Assembly: GCA_001567365.1 (NCBI GenBank)
Contig: JZEL01000010.1
Span: 15,030-79,029 of the forward strand
Direction of reading: 5' to 3'
DNA: 64,000 bases
From: Parcubacteria bacterium OLB19
GTDB lineage: Bacteria; Patescibacteriota; Minisyncoccia; Phycocordibacterales; UBA918
Both the position numbers and the translations under genes were made by a program. The notes under the pieces are model-generated. The model did no database searches. It saw nothing but the letters and a program-made list of their open reading frames with translations, and was not told the origin of the DNA. Of this stretch, positions 19,112-31,435 are shown piece by piece. How positions within the stretch are numbered: position 1 is the first letter of the stretch; each line of letters begins with the position of its first letter.

Positions 19112-22100
19112 TTAATAGGATGGTATTGCTAAATAAACAACCTCTGTTTCATAATCACCTGCCTCTTGCAGTTCATTTACTTTGATTCTGTAAACTATAT
19201 CATGAGTATCGGTAGCTGGAGCTGAACTATACATAATTTCTGATGGAGTTGTATCTATACCCGAGTAAGTATCAACTGCCCCGAATCGAGTTGAACCGTT
19301 ACGAAGCGTAGCGTCAGTAGTGTGATAGCCGAAACAGCCAGTCGAAGAAGCGTTACATCCAGTAGACCAACTCGTAGGTGAAGCATTCGTGCCTGAAATT
19401 GATGGTATGCTTTCCCCGTATGAGTTTTGTAATTGTTGACGAGAAAACTTTAAAACCTGATAACCTTCCGTGGCATTAGTTTCAACCGCTATTCTGTGTG
19501 CAGCAATATATTCATCACCAAAAATAAGACTACCAAAACCAATAGCATCCGCGGTAGTGACGGTATCTGTTACCACCCCAGCTGTTGTGGTACCAGATGG
19601 TAAACCTGACACAGACAAAACCAAACTAGCACCTTCAATTACTAATGAAGGGTAGGTTGCTCCTTGGGCTAAAGTAACCGGTAAATCGTTTGTTACATCA
19701 TATAATCTAAAGTAATATACTGCGTTTACTCTAGATGCTTTGCTTTTAATATAAAAGCTATATTCCTGTGTAGTGCTAGCTTGATGGAAATGGGTGCTAC
19801 TGGAACTAGCATAGGTGTTGTGTGTACCACAACCAGCACCTACCCCTCCGACACAACTATCAGCTCCACTAACAACAGTTGTAGTGATAGTTTGGTTATC
19901 TATACCAGCACCGGCATCCTCATAACACCAAAGCGAAATATCAGTACAACTACTGGTGGCAACTACGTCACTAGATGAAGCAAAGGTAGCATCTTCAGAA
20001 AACTGTAGTTTAAATTTAATATTACTACCATCAACATTTCTCTTTTCAGCAATCACGACGCGCAAATTTAACGCCTTATCGACATTATCAATATTGTTTG
20101 GTGCAATCGATTCGCCTGCAAGATCGGCAGATGGAGTTTCGTTGTTTATATCTTCATACCATTGCCAATTTTTAATGGTGGGAGTAAAACCTGCAGTTCG
20201 AATTTGCGGATAATTATTATAGACATCTAGTGTATTACCATCATTTTTAACCATTCTAAAGCAATAAGTACTTTTAGCGTTTGCACCGTTGTGTTCTACA
20301 AACCAATCATATTCAACATTTTCTCCTTCCAACACAGTAAAAGGGTTAGCTGGAGATGGATTTTCCTCAATCAGAGATCCAGCGCGATCGGAAACAGATA
20401 TGAGTAGATCACCACCAGTTGGAGGATTGGTTGATAAATCCACACCGTCTGTGGTGCCGGTGGCAGAAAAACCACGCCATGCAGTTGAACTTGATGAGTC
20501 ACCTAAATCAAACCAATCATCTACAGCAATGGCGGAACATGTAGAAATACGAAGTCCATACTGTAATTTAAAGTCTTGAAATCCGGCCGGCATATTGGCG
20601 TTTGCTATCTGCATAGTCATACGTATCCTTAATCTTTCCCCCATCGCTAACGGTTCATCATTGGCGGTGATTGTGGTATTTTCACCGAGATCAGTAGCAC
20701 CTGATGGCCAAGGATCGGTCGGTGTAAGTTGATTATTGTCCACATAAAAACGATAATAATTTTGTCTTATAGACATATCAGCGACTGGCCACTCAATAAT
20801 TTCTGTACGATATGTCATAGCTGATCCAGTATCACTTCGCCAAATCTGGTAGGTGGTGGTGCTAGTCAAAGTGAAACCAGCCATCGGTCTTGGGTAAGTG
20901 GTGTTAGCACCAGCGGCTCGAGTATTGGCAGAGATTGAGGTGTTGTTGGTTGCTGATACAGCACTGGTTAGTGTGACTGATAGAGCAAAAGGAGTGGCTC
21001 CACCTGAAGTTAAGCCGTTAGATCTTTGTACTGCCATTTGTCCAACTCCAGTTTGAGTATTTTCTATCACCCACGCTACTGAGGTCTGTTCTACTGCTAC
21101 AGAAGCTCCCGATTGCAAAGCAAATGATATCGCCCCAATACTTGAAAGCCAAACTTCATGTCCATAATGCACAACGTTTGTAGTAGCACCCATTCGTTTT
21201 TGAACATGAAGAAAAGTTCTGGCCAAGCTATTTACTGCGGTGATTGATTCGGTTTCAGTTACACCAGCTGCACTATATGAATGTTGAGCTCTCTGAATAT
21301 TCCAATTCAGACCAACAAATTCAACCACCGCATAACTAACATCAGCAATACTCGCACCATTAGCCCCTCTCCTAAAAATTGGTGCTTGTAAACCCGTGTC
21401 CCATTCTGAAGTAATCTGACTGGCATAGTAATTTCTGGAGGCGTTACGGTTACTTGAACCAGTAACAAAAACAACAACATCGTTATCGTTATCTACATTA
21501 GATAAAATCGTACCAGTTGCCGATAAGGTCGAACTATTTAATTGAACAGTACCAATATTACGCACTACAATTTCGTTATCCGTTCCAGGTGAACCAATAA
21601 ATTCAATTATTTCCCAATCAACCCTAGTATTACTAGTAGCTGCTGGTGGTCTGGCAATCCTAAAGCTGGTAGTTAGGTTGCTAGCATCCTCGATATATGC
21701 TGTGACATCATCAGCGTTTTGTGCAGCTCCAGTGCCTGCATCATTACCAGCACCTGTACTTTGTGAGTTGGTAATTATTACAAAGGCTCTAGTGTTACTG
21801 GCAGGAGCGGTATAGTTTGTGCCAGCTAAAAGCGTAGTTGATGTTCCGCTAACTGTAGTTGAACCTCTCTGTATGAAGAAATCTCTTTTTGGTGCGGTCG
21901 TGACTTGTGCATAAGTGTCATAAGCTAAAAATGGTGTACCACCAGCACTAACTCTGAAACAATAAGTAGTATCGTAAGCCGCAAATTCATTTGAACTAAT
22001 GCTAAATTCCACGTCTAAGTGTTGTGTTGTGGATAAAGTGGTGGTGGCTGTTTGTGACTCGGTATCTCTCACTCCACCGTTATTGGTTACAAAAGAAGAG

Positions 22101-25100
22101 TTTTCATCAGTCACGCCACCATTGGCGACAGCGATATTTGTTGTTGTGTCACCATTAGTAACAAAGGTAGAGTCGTTCATTTCCCATCCATCACCTGTAG
22201 CGTCGATATCAGTCCAGACTGTCGCCATATCACAAGTAGTAATCATTGGTGCATACTCAAGACGAAAACGAGTTGCTATAGTGCTTACCAAACCGGTATT
22301 GGTGACACCTAAACGGAGACGAATATTACTATTTTGAGCAAAATCGGTGATAAGCGTATCTTCACTACCACCACTCGCTGAAGTGGCACCTGTCTCATTG
22401 CCATTGTCGTTTCGCCAATGATAGTGAGTTTGCGTTAAAATACCTCCACGTATTGTGGTTGAGCTAGCAATATCGATTTCCGTAGATGGTCCAATAGACC
22501 CTCCTCCTGACACTAAAACATCTGTTGGTGGAGAAGATATATTAATATCTATAGTTTCACCATTTTGTGCTAAGGAAGATATGTCGTAAACAACATAAAC
22601 ACACATCGAGGAAGTGGTATTTATAGCTACACTCCCAGTAAAAGTTGCTTTTTCACCGGTTTCAGAAAAACCACTGGTGCTAGTGGCACCAAACCTAGTA
22701 TCTGAAGCGCTATATGATTCACTAGCACAATTGTACGGAGCGGTAGTGTCTAAATCATAATGTAATCTAAGATTTGATATTCCACTATCACCTTCAACTG
22801 TGCCAGCTTCATAAATAGTAATACTGGTGACATTGCGACTTGATGAATTTTCAATAATAGAAAAACCTCCGCCAGAATGAGAATTGCTGGTGGGTATATC
22901 GACAGTGGAATTCAAACTACCAAAACTAGAAACAGTAACGTCAGCTGAAATAGTAACGCTTGGATAATTACCGTAAGTGTTTAAGGGTGTACCATTTTGT
23001 GTCATCCTAAAACAATAGGTTTGTCCTTCGATAACAGTAGAAGAAGCCATGATTGAATATTCAAGCTCTATAAATTGATTAACATCTATTGTTAAACTTC
23101 CTGTGTTAGCAGAGGTGTCGCGTATACCACCATTACTAGAAATAAAGGAAACCTCGCCGTCTGATACTCCACCAGAAGCAACAGAAATATTAGTAGTATT
23201 GTTACCGTCAGTTAAATTTATTGTGTCATACGTCGTAAATAGAGAACCAGACGCTCCGACAACCAACCAATTACTTATATCACCGCAAGTTGGTGTTGAA
23301 GTGCCATACTCTAATCTATAGGTACTTGATAATGTAGAAGTTGAGCCTTGGTTGGCTATGCCAAGACGCAAACGCATATTATCGTTGGCCTGCATGGCAG
23401 TAAGAGGTGTATTTTCTATTCCTCCTGTGGCTGAAGTGGCACCAGTCTCATTACCATTGTCATTTCGCCAATGGTAGGCGTTTTGATTTAAATTTTGATT
23501 TACAATAGCTGTGCTACTTGCAATCACTACATTTTCGTATGGATAAACATTTACTCCACCGGACACTTGAATATCATTTTTTGGGTTATTAACATAAACT
23601 TCAATTGTTTCACCGTCTCCAGCTGTACTTAATACATCCATGACTACATAAATACACATACTTTTATACTGAGATATTTCTAGTGGTGAAGCAGTGAAAG
23701 ATACAGTACCATTTGCACCATTAAATCCTCCAGCTTGTGTTGAACCAAATTGAGTCTCAGAGCCAGAATAAGATTCACTAACACAGTTATAAGGAGCAGA
23801 CGTATCTAAGTCATAGAAAAGTTTAATATTAGCTAAATTATTATCGGCATCAACGGTACCATTTTCGCTTAATACTATTGTGCTAACCGTTCGTGTAGCT
23901 ATGGTTTCCAAGAGAAAAGAACCACCAATCTCAAATGTGTTAGATCCCGACCTAACCTGGCTTTTTTGATTACCTAGAGCAGAAAGTGTGGCGTATGGGC
24001 TAATGTTAGCCATTGTATCTCCAATAATATCGCGCACGGCAGTAGTATTATCAAACCAACTAACATATATACGATCGTAAGACATGATATTCATGTCTAT
24101 ACCGTAATAATCACCAGCTACTGAATCAACAGGACCTTGTTCACTACCCCAGCTAGCCATGTCATCTGTAGATTTTTTCCAGTAGATTCTAGCTGTTGAA
24201 ACTGTGCCAATAGTGGAACGAATGCTGTAACCAACATAGATTTCACCAGTGTTTTGATCACGAGAAATGGCGGTTTGTAAAATTCCTCTACCGGCGATAT
24301 TTGTATGCACATTAGCTTTTGCTGTCCATGATCCAGCTGTATAAACTGCAGTCTTTATATCATGATCAGCTACCGTAAAAGTATCATTATCGGTCACATA
24401 TGCGATATAAAGATCCCCTGTCTCTGTATCGAGTGTAGCGGAAACTCCAACATCGTAGGTGGTGTTTCTAACTGCACTGGCATCAATATTATTCATTGAT
24501 GACCAATTGGTACCATTCCAAATACTATAGCGTAGGGTATTGGAAGTGCTACGATTGATTAGCATTACGTCGCCTGACGATAATGGCATAAGAAGACTCC
24601 AACTGTTGGCATTACCTTGTGGAGCGGTACCCACTGTTGACCAATTACCAGATACGTTACAGTTAGTACTACAAGAAACATTCATAGTACCATTACCGTC
24701 GTCTGCCTCATGTAAATTTTCCCATCAGTAGCCTTGGTAATAGTGTGACGGTTTGTAGCTACAGCATAAACGGCCGTTGAACCCAGGGTAGTACTGGTGG
24801 ATGTGGTTAATAATAAAGTATCATTTGAAGTATCTAACCTATTATAGAATAGATCATCTGCACTTGTATCCATGGTAGCTATGTGAATATAATTACCAGT
24901 ATCATCTGGTGTCCATCTGTCATACCACACCGAAACATCAATACAGTCTGTTTGCGAATCGACAGTTACGGGAGAACCCCATGAAGTACCGCCGTTGGTG
25001 GTTTTTCTATAAACACAAGCACCAGTACTAGTGACATAAAATTTATATCCAGTTTGATCATTAACGAATACTGTACCAGCTCCAGCTAAAGTATGAGCAG

Positions 25101-25278
25101 TAGCGGTAGTGTTTGGTGAACCTTCAATTACAACCACAGCCGCTTCGGCTAATCTGGGAGAAAAAATTATAGCCTCTATCAAAGCCAATCCCAGAAGTTC
25201 TATAAACAAGAGAAATATCATCAGTAATGATACTGGTTTTCTAGACACAAAAAACACGCTCAGGAATTTCACACTCAT
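19112..25278 (-). CDS. Giant (~2050 aa) membrane-anchored surface protein. ORFs 24682..25278 and 19112..24685 are joined by a frameshift near 24685..24720.
   Basis: The upstream ORF provides the signal/TM (MSVKFLSVFFVSRKPVSLLMIFLLFIELLGLALI) and the start of a propeller-like module (YRKTTNGGTSWGSPVTVDS). That module continues in the 1857-aa ORF (YSIWNGTNWSS), which itself has no signal peptide. Thr/Ser/Gly/Asn-rich, with a large internal duplication. Confidence 0.6.
21800..23900 (-). repeat. In-frame tandem duplication of ~1.05 kb (~350 aa) inside the giant CDS. Coordinates are approximate.
   Basis: Copies start at about 23815 (NLANIKLFYDLDTSAPYNCVSESYSGSETQFG...YHWRNDNGNETGATSATGG...TYCFRMTQNGTPLNTYGNYP) and about 22760 (ISNLRLHYDLDTTAPYNCASESYSASDTRFG...YHWRNDNGNETGATSASGG...TYCFRVSAGGTPFLAYDTYA). 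Confidence 0.6.
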
Positions 25279-25321
25279 TGCCTTTATTTTACATGATTTC
25301 TAGAGAAATGATGCTTTTCTT

Positions 25322-27041
25322 TTACACATTATCACCTAATTCGGTTGATGTAGACACTTCCTCATAAGGAGGGATAATGAGATCAGGAATATCAATATGA
25401 CTGTCATTTACTTCAACATCAGTACTTGTAGACTGACTGAGGTCTAGTGTCATATCTAACTCTGTATATGATTCTGTTATCACTGATTCTTCAGTACTGG
25501 TAGCTAAATTAAGAGTCAAAGGATCTTCGTTGTCATTATCAATAAAATCATCATCTGGTAGATCGGCCTCTATAATGGTCTTAACTTCTGGTTTAGATTG
25601 CACTAAAGCTTTTACTTCAGTTGTTGTCTCGCTGTCTGGAATATCGGGTAGTGGCTTAGGTAATGTATCCAATTGTATAAACTCACCAGTAAATATATCG
25701 TACCCCTTTGTGACAATGTCACCGTTTGGATGCAGTGAATCATAAACAAGTACCATGCGCGGATTGTCTACAGTTAAACCATCGGGGTCATTCACAGTAA
25801 CGTAACTACCACTGTCAATGTTGTACATTTCTATTGTTTTATCACCGTTAGTGTTTGTTCTATTCCATATAACCAACGAACCTTGAATATGTGGCGCGAG
25901 GTTATGATTATCATCATTAGTTATTTCTTTCTGTACAATACCGTCATAAAGGATAATGTTCCAACTATTATTAAGCCAGCTTTGCCAAACCGTATATTTA
26001 CCTTGTCTTGTGGGCTGCATGTTATTCACACTACCATCTGTTAATTGTGATTCTTCTCCGGATTCTAGATCATAACTAATGATTTGGAAACGGTCATCGA
26101 TTAATCTTTGCCACACAATAGTATTGGAAATATTATCAAAATATGGTGATGCATCATCCACTAAATTTTCTGTAATCTGTGCTTGTTTTCCATCTCTTAC
26201 TAAGAATATCTCTAGATCGCCATCTTGATCGCGGGCAGAAAAAAAGAGCATCTTCCAGACGTTCTTCTTCGATTTCACGACAATAAAATGATCCGTCTTC
26301 TAGTTTGGTACAATCATCTTTATCAAAAACCACAGCATCGTCACTTTCGGCCACAGAAACTGATTCGTAAGTTGTAGTTGCAGATTCGGTGGATGTAGAT
26401 GATTCGTAAATAATATTTTCGATTGTGTTATTTGTGATTTCTGCGTTTTCAATCACATTCTCGTTAATATCGACATCGGTATTACCTTCCTCAACATAGA
26501 CATCATCATTAATCACATCCTGATCGTTAATCATATTCTCAGTATTTGCTTCTGTTGTTGATGTAGATACTTCGGTAGCATCATCGGTTACTGAATCATT
26601 TCCGGTTATTATTTCGTTAATATCTGACTGTGATTCCTCTTCTATCTGAGTAACATCATTTGTACCCACTATTTCTGCGGAAACATCATTAAATACTGGT
26701 GATTCCTCCACTGAAGTCTCAGTAACAGTATCTGCACTCACCCCACCTTCCTCGACTTCACTAGCATAAGCAACATAAAAACCCTGCATTAGTAAAGATA
26801 CTAGCAGTACAAACACACACACCAAACTCAGTGCGCTATTATAAACGTAGTGATACAAAATCGATCTTTGTATAGGCTCTATGTTTTCGTTCGAACCAGG
26901 CGAACGAATAAAAGCACGACGCAAAGAAGCGTTTGTTTTACGAATGTCTGTTTTCGGTTTTTTAATAAGTTTTTTACTCATCAGACGACAGCCATTTGTA
27001 GCAGAGAGTAACGTAAACCCATCACAATATAATAATAGCAA
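25322..27041 (-). CDS. Membrane-anchored protein with an acidic stalk and a C-terminal TolB/WD40-like beta-propeller. It is split by a frameshift in a T7/A7 run (26238..26244).
   Basis: TM is ALSLVCVFVLLVSLLMQGFYVAY, followed by a D/E/T/V-rich low-complexity region. C-terminal repeats read DGDLEIFLVRDGKQ...YTVWQ...WNIILYDG...SLVIWNR. Removing one T from the run gives ...LEDALFSARDQDGDLEIF..., a continuous reading frame. Confidence 0.5.
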
Positions 27042-27158
27042 TGTAAATAGCTATTTTGCTATTAGTTATCAACAAACATCTATCTAGCCAAATCAAGGAA
27101 GGATTTTGTAAGAATTATGGAAAAATCAACAAAATTCATCTTTCCATCATCATTAAAA

Positions 27159-27833
27159 TCATAGGTAGTTTGCTTTGAGTTCCAACTTGCCAAAAAACGC
27201 GCCGATGTCATTTAAAGTGACTTTTCCGTCACCATCAATATCGGCATTTATGTTGATCTTCACACTAGCTGCAATTTTGGTAGGATCCTCATCTTGATCA
27301 TAAAAATAGAAACTGGTTTTTGAGTTAGTGTTATTTTTATCAATTACTATACTTGTACCTAGACCATCCCCTGCCAAAAGTTCAACGCTCTCAACAAAAA
27401 ATTCTGTGTTCCCGTTATATTTAGCCTTAGCGTTGATGGTACCAATCAGGTGTTCTCCCAAAAAACCGCGCTTAAAGGTTCCTCCGCTAAACACAACTTT
27501 ACCATTTTCAACTTTAGGTTCATGTGTCCAAATGGTCAAAACTGAATTACCAGTATTTATATTCTTAATTTCTACCATTTCAGAGGAAAACCCTACATTA
27601 ATACTTATTGCATTAACTGGAACATGAGCGCTCACGTAAACATCAATACTAAACTCTTCACCCTGAGCGACGATTTCCTTTGATGGAACTAATTTGATAT
27701 AAGATTTATCCGATGAAATAACACTAGAAAAAAACAAGACCAGTGTACCAATCATAAATGGAAACATATAACGCACTGTGGTACTGCCACTTCTGTAAGA
27801 AAATATTTTATTCCATACAGTTTTTCTGTTCAT
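27159..27833 (-). CDS. Small surface protein with a cohesin-like beta-sandwich domain and a single C-terminal dockerin-like Ca-binding segment
   Basis: The cohesin-like region is paralogous to the genes at 28553, 30280 and 61111 (KVVFSGGTFKRGFLG...AGDGLGTSIVID). C-terminus is NADIDGDGKVTLNDIGAFFGKL (D-x-D-x-DG-x-V-x-x-x-D). Confidence 0.5.
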   Translation of the reverse strand: MNRKTVWNKIFSYRSGSTTVRYMFPFMIGTLVLFFSSVISSDKSYIKLVPSKEIVAQGEEFSIDVYVSAHVPVNAISINVGFSSEMVEIKNINTGNSVLTIWTHEPKVENGKVVFSGGTFKRGFLGEHLIGTINAKAKYNGNTEFFVESVELLAGDGLGTSIVIDKNNTNSKTSFYFYDQDEDPTKIAASVKININADIDGDGKVTLNDIGAFFGKLELKANYL

Positions 27834-28408
27834 TATGTTGAAATGAGTGAAACACGTATACTCGACGCCTTCTCGGTGGCCTCACCTAATTTATTTTTTA
27901 TTTCTTGAGCTTCCTTCAGTAGATTGTTTACCTCTTCGGAATTAACATTTTTACCCGAAAGTAAAACATTTATTATTTCACCCTGAACACGCACCATATC
28001 CTGGAAAATCTTGCTAATTTCTTCCTCATTCCTTACCAACTCTTCCCATTTACTATAGTTTATTGAATTGTCGTCAAAATCTTCAAATTGATTTCTCATT
28101 TCAACAAGAGTTTTCAATTCATTGAATTCATCTTGCATCTGTAGGTACATACTAGTCCGCCTATTAGCAAAAACATGGCCACAATCGCCAAATAAATTGG
28201 TTAATCTACCCAACTCGTATTTGTTTAGTTCTGAGTTAAGTGATGCTAAAAGCGCTTCAAATTCTGACCTTTCCTCGGATCGACATTCTTTTACCAAAAT
28301 TTCAGCTCGATCATTGGAAGCCCCGCGTCCTGTCACTATTGCTAAATCACCTAAAGATTTTACTTGCTCTGCTATTTTATCATCTAAAAGAGTTTTATAG
28401 ACAGACAA
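27833..28408 (-). CDS. Hypothetical coiled-coil protein, 191 aa, no signal peptide
   Basis: ORF only. Its stop abuts the next gene (ATGA-type junction at 27833). Confidence 0.4.
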   Translation of the reverse strand: MSVYKTLLDDKIAEQVKSLGDLAIVTGRGASNDRAEILVKECRSEERSEFEALLASLNSELNKYELGRLTNLFGDCGHVFANRRTSMYLQMQDEFNELKTLVEMRNQFEDFDDNSINYSKWEELVRNEEEISKIFQDMVRVQGEIINVLLSGKNVNSEEVNNLLKEAQEIKNKLGEATEKASSIRVSLIST

Positions 28409-28552
28409 GCGTTTTTCCGTAACTAAAGAAGCGATCGCAAAAACAAGTAGAAAACCTATAAAAAGTACCGAGTATCAGATTTTTATTATTCGTAAGGAAA
28501 TTTTTCATAATTCTATTTTAACTGTAATTGCTAAAGAGTAACATTTTTATTG

Positions 28553-30277
28553 CTATTTTTGAACCAAATCACTAACATCACTTGCCTCCTTCTCAATTTT
28601 TTGTTGTGCCAAATCTATGGATGATGATAATGAATTAAACATTTCTTCTTCGGCTTTGGTTAATTTTTTGGTTTTCCTTGATTCAATAATATCTGTCTGA
28701 TATTTACTGATAATACTGCGTAAACCACTAAACTCATTTTTAACTATTCCGATCACCTCGCCCGATTCTGTCGAGACCTTCTTACGCATAGATCTAAAAC
28801 GTATTAAAGAGAACCAAGTTGCTACCACCATGAGTGCAGTCATAGCAATAAGAGGAATAACCACCGATAATAGGTCAATCAAAAATCCACCAACACGAAC
28901 ATAACCTGGTTGTTGAACGGCAATTCTGATAGTTTCTGATAAATCAGAGAGGGCTCCAAACTGATCTTTTGATCTAGCCTTTAATTCGTAAACACCAGTT
29001 GTAAACGTGCCTTCCGGTATAAAAGTGAAAACACCCTTGTCGTCGGCACTAGTCATATATGAAGCTGGTTCAGCGCCAATTTTTTGAACAAAAATTTCAA
29101 CTTCGGAATTTGGTCTAGTGTTTCCTCTGATTACTGGAATAACCTCCTCATTTATTTCACTCGGGTATTCTGTAAAGGTTGGTTTATCAAATGCCAGAAT
29201 GGTGAAACTGTGAGTAGATACTAAACTGTTTCCAGCTCTATCAATCGCCTCAATAACCAAGGAGTGGTAACCAGGCAAAAGTGGTGGTAATTCTAGGCTT
29301 CGAGTTTCTTTTTCATCAATAAATTCGTAAGGTTCTGATTCGTCAATTTTAACTTTATATTTTATTACACCTGAAGTTTTATCATTAACATCTAGTTTGA
29401 CGATCTGCACTGGATTGGTGTAATCAGTGTTTTCAATCGCCTTAATTTCAAAATTTTCTGGTTTTTCAGTGTCAATTTTTAATGCGAAATGAGATACTCG
29501 CCCCCACCCTTCGCTATTCTTGAATTGCAGGTGAAAATAAGAAGTGCCCTCATCTAAGTCATTTAAAGATATCTCGCTAATTGGATTTTCGTAAACCTTG
29601 GTTGGAATAGTGTTCGGTGAACTATCTAATGCGGTTCTTACAGCCACAACTCCGCTTGGTAAAGACCAATTTAATTTGACATCTTTGACAGTTGTCCACT
29701 CGCCTTCCTTATGTGTACTAGACTCAATCTTAGGTGCACCTGGTGTATTGGCTGGTGCCACGTACTCAATAACCTCTGGTGTTGGTTCAGAACTAGGAGC
29801 TTGAATTGTGAAATTGGCTCCACTCATTCCGGAGAGTATATTAGTACCCATACCGTCATTAGCCAAAACCGAACCATCCATAAATGACAACTTACCCGTT
29901 CCGGCCGATGTTGTACGAAAAGTGACATTAAAAATGTTACCAGATGTTCCCTTATAACCAGAGGGCATTCCACCACTAAAACTTATAGTTCCAGCAGAAT
30001 TTGAAAAGGTTGGCTCAGTCACCCAAAGATTAAAAATTGATGAAGATTTATCAATTGATACAACAGTCATCTCCTGAGGATTAAACTTTAATGATCCTTC
30101 AGCGGCATTAACAGATTTTCCATCAGTATTAATCACTACCTTAACTGTAAAAGTTTTGCCTGATACGTAAACACCCGTATTGGGTGAAATTGATAGTGAA
30201 GCTGCGAATACAGGAAATGGCAGTACGGAAATCAAACCACAACAAATCAATATTTTTTTGAGGTGAGAAAAATCCAT
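28553..30277 (-). CDS. Membrane-anchored cohesin-like scaffold protein: signal peptide, cohesin-like domain, Ig/FN3-like domains, a TM and a cytoplasmic coiled-coil tail
   Basis: SLSISPNTGVYVSGKTFTVKVVINTDGKSVNAAEGSLKFNPQEMTVVSI...FSNSAGTISFSGG...NIFNVTFRTTSAGTGKLSF...ANDGMGTNI. TM is LIDLLSVVIPLIAMTALMVVATWFSLI, followed by a K/E-rich C-terminus. Confidence 0.5.
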   Translation of the reverse strand: MDFSHLKKILICCGLISVLPFPVFAASLSISPNTGVYVSGKTFTVKVVINTDGKSVNAAEGSLKFNPQEMTVVSIDKSSSIFNLWVTEPTFSNSAGTISFSGGMPSGYKGTSGNIFNVTFRTTSAGTGKLSFMDGSVLANDGMGTNILSGMSGANFTIQAPSSEPTPEVIEYVAPANTPGAPKIESSTHKEGEWTTVKDVKLNWSLPSGVVAVRTALDSSPNTIPTKVYENPISEISLNDLDEGTSYFHLQFKNSEGWGRVSHFALKIDTEKPENFEIKAIENTDYTNPVQIVKLDVNDKTSGVIKYKVKIDESEPYEFIDEKETRSLELPPLLPGYHSLVIEAIDRAGNSLVSTHSFTILAFDKPTFTEYPSEINEEVIPVIRGNTRPNSEVEIFVQKIGAEPASYMTSADDKGVFTFIPEGTFTTGVYELKARSKDQFGALSDLSETIRIAVQQPGYVRVGGFLIDLLSVVIPLIAMTALMVVATWFSLIRFRSMRKKVSTESGEVIGIVKNEFSGLRSIISKYQTDIIESRKTKKLTKAEEEMFNSLSSSIDLAQQKIEKEASDVSDLVQK

Positions 30278-30279
30278 AA

Positions 30280-31315
30280 TTAATCAGTATCAATATTATC
30301 AGTAACCTCATCTTGTTGCTGCATCCTTTTTCGTCTTCGGCGTAGAACAAGGACGAAAATTATTATTATAATAATGACTAATAGCGCAGTACCCGCAATA
30401 GAATAGGTGATGATTTCATTTTGTGAAATAGTTCGTAGTGATTCTTCAGGAACTAAAGTAGCTATATATTCATTACCAGCTTTATCTAGAGCCTTTACTC
30501 TAACAATACTATTGAGCGATTGATCCTTTAGTACATAAGGACTATCGACTTCTATCCACGGAACTCCGACACCACCCCAATCAAAGCTATAGAATTTTGA
30601 AATTGGTTCCTCCATCACTTCATAATGACTAATTCCAGTTTGTTTGTCAGTAGTAATAAAATCGATATAATATTTGCCATTAAAATTTATACCGTTAGTA
30701 TCCTTGTTTAGATTTATACTAAACTGTTCCGGTGGTAAGTCGTCGGTTTTTACAAAATTTCGCCAATCGTCAACTATAGTCGCCCCAGCATTTTTTTTCT
30801 AGTTTAATACTGCTGTTAAAGGTTGCCAGCTGAGCCAAACTCCCTTGTCCGTCATTAAGCAAAGCTTGAGTCTCTGGTGCAAATTCAATTGATGCAATGT
30901 CTCCACTCTCAGACTGACCAACCTGCATTCCCGGTGATCGGAAAATAATTTCAGTCAGAACGTTAGTTAGCATTGGATCGCCATCCACTCGTCCACAATA
31001 ACCATTAGGAATACCTCCAGCGAAGGTGATTCTCCTGTTTTCCTTATCAATTACAGGCCTCTCCACCCAAATACTAAAAATCGACTTTCCTATTGAAACA
31101 TCAATTGGCTGAATATTGTCTGAATAATTAATAACAGCGTCAACTGCGTTTATACATTCACCCTGCTCCTTATCAGGCAATAAACGTACAGCTACGGTCA
31201 CCGCATCGCCACGATTTATAGTAGTAGAAGCTGGATCCATGTATAAGGTAGCAGCAGATACTGTTGGTGTATAAAAATAAAAAACACCCAACAAAATAAA
31301 CAGGAATCTAAACAT
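30280..31315 (-). CDS. Second cohesin-like membrane protein: signal, cohesin-like domain, TM and a basic tail. One frame is disrupted by a single-base insertion in an A8 run (30791..30798).
   Basis: ATLYMDPASTTINRGDAVTVAVRLL...ITFAGGIPNGY...LLNDGQGSLAQLA. Reading A8 as A7 joins ...SSIKLEKNAGATIVDDWRNFVKTDDLPPEQF... in frame with ORF 30280..30618. The C-terminus has a TM plus RRRRKRMQQQ. The downstream ORF begins at a GTG. Confidence 0.5.
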
Positions 31316-31368
31316 ATAAAAAGTATAACAGAGTACTTCGTAGCTTGATACAAATGTACACAGAAAAA

Positions 31369-31407
31369 CAAAAAACCCGTCTCGTGGTGGGAGATAGGGT
31401 TTTTTGT
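31369..31407 (-). terminator. Rho-independent terminator hairpin with flanking A/T tracts (usable in both orientations), downstream of the 382-aa secreted-protein gene
   Basis: AAAAACCCgTCTCgtggtggGAGAtaGGGTTTTTTG. GC-rich stem, and a U-run on the minus-strand transcript (GGGUUUUUUGUUUUU). Confidence 0.5.
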
Positions 31408-31435
31408 ATTAACTCCAAGCTTAGAGCCGAATATT

